From assembly GCA_963783085.1 (NCBI GenBank), contig CAWAMJ010000012.1, positions 100,331-140,330 of the forward strand: 40,000 nt of DNA, written 5' to 3'. This document shows, in pieces, positions 21,329 through 29,108 of this stretch (the stretch's first letter is position 1; every line of letters begins with the position of its first letter). The DNA is from an uncultured Prolixibacteraceae bacterium. Lineage in GTDB: Bacteria > Bacteroidota > Bacteroidia > Bacteroidales > Prolixibacteraceae. The position numbers were made by a program, and so were the translations under genes. A model generated the notes under the pieces. It was not told where the DNA came from. It searched no databases and was given only the letters and a program-made list of their open reading frames with translations.

Positions 21329-21350
21329 AAAAATCGAATTGAAATAATTT

Positions 21351-22538
21351 TCAAACTTCCTTTTCAATAATATTCGCTGAATTCTTTTCTTTCAGAATCA
21401 CCTTTTTACGTCCGTCGGGCAGGATTTCTTCTTTTACCAGCCAGTGGTTTTCATCGTATTCCACAAACGCCGAAAGTGGTTCCACTTCGCTGAGACCACG
21501 CCATTCATTCAGCTCCACCGGTTCCCACTTTTTGGTTTTGGCAGATTTGTAACAGGCATCTATAATCGCATTTACCACATAACCATCGTAAAAATCTTCA
21601 GTCGGTTTTTTGCCAGCCTCAATAGCGCTGAACATGTCCGTGAACATGTGGTTGTATCCCAGTTCGTGCACCTCATCGCCCACGGGGAAAAGCCAGCCCG
21701 AATCGGATTCGGCTTTTTCAGCCACATAGCCTTTTTTACCCGGCGCCGAAAACATTTCAAGCCCGGTGCGCAGGAAATTATCGATCCGGATGGAACCATC
21801 TACGCCGGCCACTTCGTCTTTCAGTTCCATGCCGCCACGGAAACACCAGCTCACTTCAAACTGCCCGATGGCGCCGTTCTGGTAGCGCACCAGCCCAATG
21901 GCATGGTCTTCGGCTGCAATGGGCTTCACTTGAGTATCGGCCCAGCAAACCACTTCCACCGGCCGAATGTTTTTGCCGATAAAACTGCGCCCGATTTCAA
22001 TGCAGTGGCAGCCCAAATCGACAATGGCGCCCCCACCCGACTTTTCCGGATTCCAGAACCAGTCGCTGTGCGGCCCGGGATGTGCCTCGCGTGAACGTAC
22101 CCACAACACTTTTCCAATGGCGCCGTTTTCAACCGAAGCATGGGCTTTCAGATGTTTTGGCGTGTACACCAAATCTTCAAGGTAGCCATGAAATACACCG
22201 GCTTGTTCCACTTTTTGCAGAATCTCCCAAGCTTCCTGAGCATTTCGTCCCAGCGGCTTTGTACAAAGCACCGGTTTCCCTGCGTCAACGGCAGCAAAAA
22301 TGGCTTCCTTGTGCAAATCGTTGGGAAGGCCAACCACAACTACATCTATTTCCGGGTCGGAAACTGCTTCCTTAAGATTAGTTGTCCACTTTGGAATGTG
22401 GTTGTCGACGGCAAATTTGGCCCCCCGTTTTTCTGAACGGGAATAAACCAGCGCAACTTCATCACGGCTGCGCAATCCGTGTAACGACATGGTGTAAAAA
22501 GTACCGATGAGACCGGTACCAAGCATTGCTATTTTCAT
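21351..22538 (-). CDS. cytoplasmic Gfo/Idh/MocA family oxidoreductase
   Basis: [15 protein letters not shown] Rossmann start; EKPL-like motif CTKPL; 395 aa. Confidence 0.8.
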   Translation of the reverse strand: MKIAMLGTGLIGTFYTMSLHGLRSRDEVALVYSRSEKRGAKFAVDNHIPKWTTNLKEAVSDPEIDVVVVGLPNDLHKEAIFAAVDAGKPVLCTKPLGRNAQEAWEILQKVEQAGVFHGYLEDLVYTPKHLKAHASVENGAIGKVLWVRSREAHPGPHSDWFWNPEKSGGGAIVDLGCHCIEIGRSFIGKNIRPVEVVCWADTQVKPIAAEDHAIGLVRYQNGAIGQFEVSWCFRGGMELKDEVAGVDGSIRIDNFLRTGLEMFSAPGKKGYVAEKAESDSGWLFPVGDEVHELGYNHMFTDMFSAIEAGKKPTEDFYDGYVVNAIIDACYKSAKTKKWEPVELNEWRGLSEVEPLSAFVEYDENHWLVKEEILPDGRKKVILKEKNSANIIEKEV

Positions 22539-22621
22539 AATCTCAGTTTTTTGATTTCGTTTTGGTTAAAGGTACTAATTGAAATGTTTTTTGGAAAAAA
22601 ATTGCGTTTTTAAAAAATACA

Positions 22622-22779
22622 AAACTTGAGTCTGCTCCGAAAAGTCTGAGTTCATTGATTTTCAACTTCTTAACCCCTGACCCCTAAAGGGGAACTTGCT
22701 GAAAATCAATGGACTCTTCAAAGTCCCCTATATTTGTGGGATTTAGGGGTTTTTGACTTTTCGGAGTGGACTCAAACTT
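22622..22779. repeat. nested inverted-repeat (MITE-like) element
   Basis: Outer IR 22622-22646 / 22755-22779 matches about 21 of 25. Inner IR 22648-22666 / 22698-22716 matches 17 of 19. Small hairpins CCCCtaaaGGGG (22681-22692) and CCCCTA...TAGGGG (22724-22749). Confidence 0.6.
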
Positions 22780-22841
22780 AATTCAATGCCGTTTAATTAA
22801 GCTGAATATTCAATAATTGGATTAAACAAACACCCTTCGAC

Positions 22842-22892
22842 TACGCTCAGGGTGACTGTCAGACTGAGCGTAGTCGAAGGGTCCTGTCGCTA
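22842..22892. repeat. 19-bp perfect-stem palindrome (REP-like)
   Basis: ACCCTTCGACTACGCTCAG - 13-nt loop - CTGAGCGTAGTCGAAGGGT. Confidence 0.6.
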
Positions 22893-23078
22893 ACTTAACG
22901 ACATTGAAACTTAATTTCTAATCTAATTTTCGGGCTTTGGAAAGTCCGAATCCCGAAAATCGGAGAATCTTTCGCCGATATTGTTTTTTTCTAACAGCCC
23001 GATTGGATTTCCGGGAACACTCAACTGTTTTCCTTTGTTACGAATATTGAAACGACACGAAACTCAAAACATAAAATT

Positions 23079-23807
23079 ATGGCACGAATATTTATTACCG
23101 GCTCGGCAGATGGATTGGGACATTTAGCAGCAAAAGAGTTGGTTGAACAGGGACATCAGGTTGTTTTGCATGCACGAAACGAAAAGCGTGGAGAGGATGC
23201 GCTAAATAAAGTACCCGGCGCAGAAAATGTTCTTACAGCGGATCTTTCAAACATGGAAGAAACAAAACAATTGGCCGAACATGTTAATGCACTGGGCCGT
23301 TTCGATGCAGTTATACATAATGCCGGAGTTTACCGGGAATCAAACGAACTGATTTTTAAAGTAAACACATTGGCTCCCTATATTCTGACATGTCTGATTC
23401 ACAAGCCGGAACGTCTGGTTTACCTCAGCTCCGGCTCACACACGTCGGGAAATCCAAATCTTAAGAGCATGGAAACCGGCAGTGTTACTTACGGCGACTC
23501 AAAACTGCACGATGTAATTTTAAGTTTTGCGGTGGCGCGCAAATGGCCGGATGTATATTCCAACGCTGTTGACCCGGGCTGGGTGCCCACAAAAATGGGT
23601 GGTTCCGGCGCACCGGGCGACCTTCAAAAAGGATACGAGACCCAGGTCTGGCTGGCTGCGGGCAATGACGACGGAGCCAAAGTCAGCGGCCGCTATTTTC
23701 ACCACAAAAAACAAAAGCACCATGTGCCTGAAGCGGCTGATGCCGGAGTTCAGGAAAAATTTCTCGAACTGTGCGAGCAAATTACAGGAATTGGCTTTCC
23801 TTATTAA
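23079..23807 (+). CDS. SDR family NAD(P)-dependent oxidoreductase
   Basis: ITGSADGLG cofactor motif, NAG motif (HNAGV), YGDSK catalytic Tyr-Lys; 242 aa. Confidence 0.8.
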   Translation: MARIFITGSADGLGHLAAKELVEQGHQVVLHARNEKRGEDALNKVPGAENVLTADLSNMEETKQLAEHVNALGRFDAVIHNAGVYRESNELIFKVNTLAPYILTCLIHKPERLVYLSSGSHTSGNPNLKSMETGSVTYGDSKLHDVILSFAVARKWPDVYSNAVDPGWVPTKMGGSGAPGDLQKGYETQVWLAAGNDDGAKVSGRYFHHKKQKHHVPEAADAGVQEKFLELCEQITGIGFPY

Positions 23808-23955
23808 TTCTACTTTGACACTTTAGAAAAAACAACCTGATTTTATTCTAAAATCCCTAAAAGGATCAGGATGATTTTTCTCTTTTCTTCCTTTAGTACC
23901 GAGGTAAAAAAGGAGAAAAATCTAATTTTAAACCAATCTGTAAAAGTAGAATTAA
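23804..23955. repeat. nested inverted-repeat (MITE-like) element overlapping the SDR stop codon
   Basis: Terminal IR TTAATTCTACTTT (23804-23816) / AAAGTAGAATTAA (23943-23955). Internal hairpins CCTGAT...ATCAGG and GATTTTTCTC...GGAGAAAAATC. Confidence 0.55.
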
Positions 23956-23959
23956 TCTT

Positions 23960-24006
23960 AACCTCCGGCTTTCCCACAAGGTATTTCTTTGGAAAAGCCG
24001 GAGGTT
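23960..24006. terminator. strong stem-loop between convergent SDR and spondin genes
   Basis: AACCTCCGGCTTTCC ... GGAAAAGCCGGAGGTT, about a 15-bp stem with one bulge. Confidence 0.5.
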
Positions 24007-24089
24007 GTATATGCCAGGCCAGGTCCGTTTATCCGGGCATTTAGGGAGCGAATTGACAGCTGTCTTTTCAACTCCGGGAAAAAAGATTT

Positions 24090-25358
24090 TTAATTTTTCA
24101 CAATGGTCACCCGTATCATCTGGTTGACAGGTGGATAAGTGAATTCGTCGTTGACTTCCCTGATAACGCCGCCTTCATCGATTCCGCCGTTCAATTGTGC
24201 CGGCTGGTGAATTCCAGCGCCGGGGTATTCGTTGACTTCCGTTCCGCAATCCCAAAGTTTAATCTGTGCCGTTACGTCGCCATTTTTCGCCACGTTTCCT
24301 GAGAACAGGCGGATTCCACGATCATCCGGGGCAAAAAACAAGTCGTTCGACTGGCCGAGCATGCTCGCAAAACTTAAATAATCTCCCGGTTTGGCTTCAA
24401 ACGAAAACGTATACTCTTCGCCCGGGAAAAGCGCTCCGGGACTGCCCGAACCGATCGGTATGTTGTAAACGCCACTGGTTTCGTCATCTGTCATCAGCGA
24501 AGAGGCCAGTATTGATGGATCTCCGTTTTCCGCCAAATTTTCCAAACCCAAACCATAATCCGGTTTTCCATTGGCAAACAGCGGTTTGTTTTTGTGGTGA
24601 AGAATCCAGACACCCGGTCCGATGGGTGAAACATAACCGGTGTTCATAGCGAGGTAATCTCCAAGCGGCCCAACGTTACCACCTTCGGCAATTTCTTCGA
24701 TTCCCATTTCGTAATCCGGTTCTCCTTCTTTAAAAAACAGATACGGATCGGTATGTACAGCCCAGGCGACCGGCGAAATGGGTGTGGTACTGCCACTTAA
24801 ATTTTCAATTTTCACAGTAAACATACTGGTTCCATCAAATTCCAGCGTTACTTTCAGATTGGTTTCAACAGTTCCGTAATCAAATCCGTCGCCAACGCCT
24901 GACATCAACTGAACATTTTCGCTCTCATCGGCGCCATCGTGCACGTTTCCGGCGCCGGGTGTCTGATTTTCTTCGGTTCCGGCATCCCACAACATCACCT
25001 GCGAAGTGATATCTCCTTCAAGAGGATCGTCACCATTGTAGAGGTTAATCCCTTCATCGCCGGGCGCATAAAATCCATCGTTCGACCAGCCGTACATGGT
25101 AAAAAACGACAGTTTGTGTCCTTTGCCCGCGTGGAAAGAAAAGGTGTACGAATGTCCCGGAAGCGCCGGTCCTGCGTCGGTTTCGCCATCGGGCATAACC
25201 GTGGTTCCCGACTGGAAAAACGGGTACTCTTCAGAAACATTCCCGATGGTAACGGTAAACATTCCTTTGGAAGGAATAAACGGTAGTTCGTCTTTTTTAC
25301 ACTGCGTAAAAAGAACTGTAAAAAATAAAATACTTGTCATCCATTTGAACGTTTTCAT
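24090..25358 (-). CDS. secreted protein with two spondin_N-like domains
   Basis: Lipoprotein-like signal (FTQC). An internal duplication: GHSYTFSFHAGKGHKLSFFTMYGWSNDGFYAP recurs as GEEYTFSFEAKPGDYLSFASMLGQSNDLFFAP. Confidence 0.6.
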   Translation of the reverse strand: MKTFKWMTSILFFTVLFTQCKKDELPFIPSKGMFTVTIGNVSEEYPFFQSGTTVMPDGETDAGPALPGHSYTFSFHAGKGHKLSFFTMYGWSNDGFYAPGDEGINLYNGDDPLEGDITSQVMLWDAGTEENQTPGAGNVHDGADESENVQLMSGVGDGFDYGTVETNLKVTLEFDGTSMFTVKIENLSGSTTPISPVAWAVHTDPYLFFKEGEPDYEMGIEEIAEGGNVGPLGDYLAMNTGYVSPIGPGVWILHHKNKPLFANGKPDYGLGLENLAENGDPSILASSLMTDDETSGVYNIPIGSGSPGALFPGEEYTFSFEAKPGDYLSFASMLGQSNDLFFAPDDRGIRLFSGNVAKNGDVTAQIKLWDCGTEVNEYPGAGIHQPAQLNGGIDEGGVIREVNDEFTYPPVNQMIRVTIVKN

Positions 25359-25629
25359 AGCTGCATTTTTTTAATGATTAAACTGGTTCAAATTTCCGGG
25401 GAAAGTATCACGGCAACGTCACAAAAAATGGAACTTTTTATCATATTTTTATTTCGAAAAACAAACAATGGATGTTATTATGTGTTGTTTTTTTCTTGCT
25501 TCCTGAATCAGAACTCCAATTTTAAAAGCCTCAAATTCTTCTTCCTATTTTTCGCGGAAAGTAGCACCTGTTTTTCCATATTTTTTATCTAAATCTTTAT
25601 ATTGGAGGGTAATTGTGGTAGGTTTTTTT

Positions 25630-26898
25630 TCATTCTTTTCCCATTTGTGAACCAATAAAAGGTATTTTCGGAGCTAAAAAATAGCCCGTCAGACTTGCAA
25701 ATAAAATTGGTATAAAATGTCCGAAACCTGTCAAGGTAGCAAGTAAAATTGTTGTACTCATTGGTGTTCGGGTTACACAAGTGTTAGTTGCAGCCATACA
25801 GCTAACTATCGCCAAAGTCAAATTTATTGTCGGGAATAGTTGATGGATAATTAATCCTAATGTTGCACCTACGAAAAATAGTGGAATAATAAACCCACCT
25901 CTCCAACCGGATGTTACGGTTATTGAAATGGCGATTATTTTAAAAACTAAAATCGCAAACAATAAAATCAATGGGAAATTTCCAGAGAGTAGTACGTTAA
26001 TTTCGTGATGCCCAAAGTATCGGGTTATTGGAAAGTAAAACGCTATTACACCAAGTAGTATACCACCAATTAGCGTTTTGATATAAATGGGTATCGGTCT
26101 TTTCTCGAAAATTGATTTAAAAAATTTGGTGCAAAAAATAAAAGCCCAACCAAAAGCTGCACCGATGATTGCAAAAAGAACTGCGTATCCGAAATCAAAA
26201 ATCCCTGAATATTCGTAAGCAGACAAATCCCAAATAGGACCAAGTCCTAAATGAATGATTAAAGCAAACACCAAATAACTAAAGCAACTTGCAACAAATG
26301 CAGGGATTATGGCTTTGTAGTATTCAACTGCGTGTTTATGGTGAAGTATTTCCAGGGAAAATAAACTACCCCCTAAAGGCGCGCCAAATAATGCAGTAAA
26401 ACCTGAAGCCATTCCTGCGATACTTAATGATCGTAATTCTTCTCCTTTAAGCCGGAACAATTTTCCTATCCAAGTTCCTGTTGAGCCTGTCACTTGAACC
26501 AATGGTGCTTCGGGCCCGAGACTACCACCTGACGCAACACATAACAAAGAAGAGAGAACCATTGACGGATTGTTTTTGGGGTCAAGTTTGCCCTTGTTAA
26601 ACCGAATGTTGTTTACAATTAAATTTATTTCCCCTGGGTCTCCAATGAAGTGAATTATCAGGCCTGCTAAAAGTCCGCAAATTGCCATCACAGGAATTAC
26701 TTGCCAACCATTAAAAAAGGCTAATTGGTGTGTCAAAAACTCAAGTCCAATCCAATATACTCCTGCTATTATTCCACCTGCTAATCCCAGAAGCGCCCAT
26801 AACATAAAAGTCCGATTGAAAACGAACGGGTTGAATCGCACAGGTTGGTCTAAAATGTTTAAATACGTTACTAATTTTCTTCTTCGTTTTAACTTCAC
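25630..26898 (-). CDS. ClC family chloride channel / H+-anion antiporter-like protein
   Basis: GGSLGPEAPLVQV (GxEGP-type), GAPLGGSLFSLE and GGFIIPLFFVGA motifs. The listed start is GTG and overlaps the stop of the upstream gene remnant. ATG at 26805 is an alternative. Confidence 0.75.
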   Translation of the reverse strand: MKLKRRRKLVTYLNILDQPVRFNPFVFNRTFMLWALLGLAGGIIAGVYWIGLEFLTHQLAFFNGWQVIPVMAICGLLAGLIIHFIGDPGEINLIVNNIRFNKGKLDPKNNPSMVLSSLLCVASGGSLGPEAPLVQVTGSTGTWIGKLFRLKGEELRSLSIAGMASGFTALFGAPLGGSLFSLEILHHKHAVEYYKAIIPAFVASCFSYLVFALIIHLGLGPIWDLSAYEYSGIFDFGYAVLFAIIGAAFGWAFIFCTKFFKSIFEKRPIPIYIKTLIGGILLGVIAFYFPITRYFGHHEINVLLSGNFPLILLFAILVFKIIAISITVTSGWRGGFIIPLFFVGATLGLIIHQLFPTINLTLAIVSCMAATNTCVTRTPMSTTILLATLTGFGHFIPILFASLTGYFLAPKIPFIGSQMGKE

Positions 26899-27050
26899 TG
26901 TTTCGTTTCTACGAGGTCAACCTTAATTTTTAATTCATTTTCCAACAATTCCTGAAGGTCAACAAACTCCCAGCCTAAAGGTTTCTTAAATGATAATAAA
27001 ATGTCAACATCGGAATTTTCGTTTTATTCGTTGGCGTCGTAGTTTAATCT
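26895..27050 (-). pseudogene. remnant of an MNT-type nucleotidyltransferase (antitoxin-like)
   Basis: My minus-strand translation gives ...NYDANE*NENSDVDILLSFKKPLGWEFVDLQELLENELKIKVDLVETKQ*. It has an in-frame TAA (27026-27024) and no N-terminal half. Confidence 0.55.
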
Positions 27051-27060
27051 TGGTTATAGT

Positions 27061-27360
27061 TTAGTTTATTGTTAATCCTAATTTTTTTCCTAATCCCTCC
27101 TCGAAAATCTTAAACAGAGTAGAAATCTGAATATCAATTTTTCCATTTTCCAGTCGCGAGATATAACTTTTTTTAGTCCCTGTTTTTTTTGCCAGGTCTT
27201 CTTGGGTGAGATGAGCCTTTTTTCTTTCTTCTTTTATCATTTCTCCAACAATAAAAGCTTTTGCTTTCATTTCAAATTCATCACGTTTTTCTGTTCCTAG
27301 TTTTCCGTATTTGATGTCTAATAATTCATCAAAATTTGTTGCATCTTTTATTGTTTTCAT
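27061..27360 (-). CDS. XRE-family HTH antitoxin (HigA-like)
   Basis: 99 aa with HTH LTQEDLAKKTGTKKSYISRLENGK. A 4-nt ATGA overlap couples it to the upstream toxin gene. Confidence 0.8.
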   Translation of the reverse strand: MKTIKDATNFDELLDIKYGKLGTEKRDEFEMKAKAFIVGEMIKEERKKAHLTQEDLAKKTGTKKSYISRLENGKIDIQISTLFKIFEEGLGKKLGLTIN

Positions 27361-27704
27361 TTTCCTTCTCCTTTTTTGTTTTTGAAATAATCCTCTTTTA
27401 TTTTTAATGCTTTTTCAATTTCTTTCTTTGGTGTTTTCTGACTTTTTTTCTGAAATCCATTGAATAAAACAACAATGCGACCAGCGTCAAAACAACAAAA
27501 TACCCGATAAATGTCAGAACCAACTTTTATCCTTATTTCATAAAGTCCAACCGTACTTTCAACATTTTTTAAGAATTTCTGAGGAATTAAATCCACAGTT
27601 TTAATTACCTTAAAAACATACTCTATTTTTTCTTGTACTGATGAATCAAGTGAAATATAGTAATCAATAAAATAGTTTTTATAAAATTTTATCTCTCGGG
27701 TCAT
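27357..27704 (-). CDS. RelE/ParE-superfamily toxin (HigB/Gp49-like)
   Basis: 115 aa. Toxin-first order with a coupled XRE antitoxin. The LYEIRIKVGSDIYRVFCCFD pattern is typical of the Gp49/HigB group. Confidence 0.7.
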   Translation of the reverse strand: MTREIKFYKNYFIDYYISLDSSVQEKIEYVFKVIKTVDLIPQKFLKNVESTVGLYEIRIKVGSDIYRVFCCFDAGRIVVLFNGFQKKSQKTPKKEIEKALKIKEDYFKNKKGEGK

Positions 27705-27779
27705 TTTGCAAAGTTAACAAGTTTGTAAACATTTCGACGTGCAAAATCAAAATATTATTGAAGATTTTTCTGACTAATG

Positions 27780-27953
27780 TTAAAAATTGTAATTGATGAA
27801 TGAAAGCAGGTTGCTCCTTTGGCAACAATATTTTCGTAGTTTCTCGGTTGTTTCATCGGGTAAAAAGCTGCTTGTCAATAAACCTAAAGCATGTAGTTTA
27901 TGTATATGCCTGCAGTCTGTTACATCAGTCTTTTTCCTTTTTGCATGTAGTTC
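27780..27953 (-). pseudogene. IS110-family transposase fragment
   Basis: KKTDVTDCRHIHKLHALGLLTSSFLPDETTEKLRKYCCQRSNL matches the KTDxxDA...GLLxxxFVP...LRxLxRxR segment of DEDD transposases. Both ends of the gene are missing. Confidence 0.6.
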
Positions 27954-28015
27954 AACACACCCTCTAATGTAAAGCATATGCAAGCAATGCTTTATTAGAG
28001 GCTAGTTGTTAGCAA
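27950..28015 (-). other. short attC-like site (66 nt)
   Basis: Minus strand reads TTGCTAAC-AACTAG-CCTCTAAT(A)AAGCA-loop-TGCTTT(AC)ATTAGAGG-GTGT-GTTGAAC. It has R''/R'-like boxes, unpaired spacers and a bulged stem. It starts 11 nt after the stop at 28027. Confidence 0.55.
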
Positions 28016-28026
28016 TAGTTTTTGAA

Positions 28027-28947
28027 CTATTTTGATTGAAATTTTATATTAAATTTTGCAAGATATTCTGCCAAAGGTTCCAATCCAAGTTCTCTTCTCC
28101 ATGTATCAACTTTTGTTTCATCTTCAAGTGGGTAAAGTTCTTCAGAATTCGTAGACTGATTGAATCTTGTATGTGTACCATATTTCTGCGGTTTATTTTC
28201 GTTAACAAGACAGCGGTCATATATATTGGCATATCTCTGCCAGCTAAGTTCATTTTCTTCACATCGTTGCTTTATTGTCGGTAAATATTTCTTCTGACTT
28301 CCATCATTTGAATGTATAGCTACAAGGTATGCCCCCATTGCTGCTTCACTTCCTACGTCTTTGATTTTAGGCCACCCTTTCAAAACAATAAGTTCTTCAA
28401 GCGCTTTCTGACTATTTTTCTGAATCATAAATTTAGAATTCCATAATGCTTCAACAACAGAAGATTTCATTCCAATTTTTCTACCGGCAATACCTATTTC
28501 TTTAAAATAAGCCTGGTCCAAAGCTCGCAACCTCCAAAGTGATTTTGCATATTCAAGATCTAAATATGGCCTTTTAAATTTTATATTCAGCATTGAAATT
28601 AGGTGGTTTTCAAAGTCTTGCCAATGCCTATCTTCTCTTATTGTTAAAAAATCTGGATCAATTAATGAAGCGATTGACGTATCCATTTCGACTGCAATAT
28701 ATAAGTATTTAAAAGCACTGTCAATTTGCTTATTGATAGAGAGAGCACACGCATAATTATAAACATTAGGTTGATTCTTTGGATTTTGAGAATAAACCTT
28801 CTTATATTCCGCAAGTGCCCCAGGTGTATCTCCCTCATCTCTCAAACTATCAGCCGTACTTCTAATATTTTGAATAACTGGCTGTGAAATAGCAATTTCA
28901 CTAAATACAATGAGACAACCGATTAGTGACAATCTAATAGTATTCAT
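28027..28947 (-). CDS. secreted TPR-like / DUF6624-like protein
   Basis: Signal peptide. The C-terminal pattern LKGWPKIKDVGSEAAMGAYLVAIHS...KYGTHT resembles DUF6624. Weak assignment. Confidence 0.4.
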   Translation of the reverse strand: MNTIRLSLIGCLIVFSEIAISQPVIQNIRSTADSLRDEGDTPGALAEYKKVYSQNPKNQPNVYNYACALSINKQIDSAFKYLYIAVEMDTSIASLIDPDFLTIREDRHWQDFENHLISMLNIKFKRPYLDLEYAKSLWRLRALDQAYFKEIGIAGRKIGMKSSVVEALWNSKFMIQKNSQKALEELIVLKGWPKIKDVGSEAAMGAYLVAIHSNDGSQKKYLPTIKQRCEENELSWQRYANIYDRCLVNENKPQKYGTHTRFNQSTNSEELYPLEDETKVDTWRRELGLEPLAEYLAKFNIKFQSK

Positions 28948-29031
28948 TTTCTATGATGTATTTATTAAAATCATGCGATAACGGTTCAGTAGTCGAGTAG
29001 GCAAAGGGAGTTTCACCCTAAGCCTCTCACA

Positions 29032-29065
29032 GAACCGTGCTTGATAGTCTCCCATCACACGGCTC
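29032..29065 (-). ncRNA. group II intron domain V
   Basis: GAGCCGUGUGAUGGGAGACUAUCAAGCACGGUUC: 34 nt, AGC catalytic triad, 2-nt AA bulge, GAGA (GNRA) tetraloop, fully paired lower and upper stems. Confidence 0.9.
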
Positions 29066-29108
29066 TTGCCTGCCTGGTCGGCAGACAGGTTATACAAATC
29101 TAAACGCT

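Noticed and set aside
22897-22904. The TCGCTAAC box near the REP-like palindrome as evidence of another cassette boundary.
   Set aside because: It is an isolated 8-mer on the opposite strand. It has no partner GTTA box, no adjacent stop codon and no cassette-like context. Chance is an adequate explanation.
26899-27060. A fluoride or other riboswitch upstream of the ClC gene.
   Set aside because: I found no conserved riboswitch-like helices. The interval is explained by a decayed nucleotidyltransferase coding remnant.
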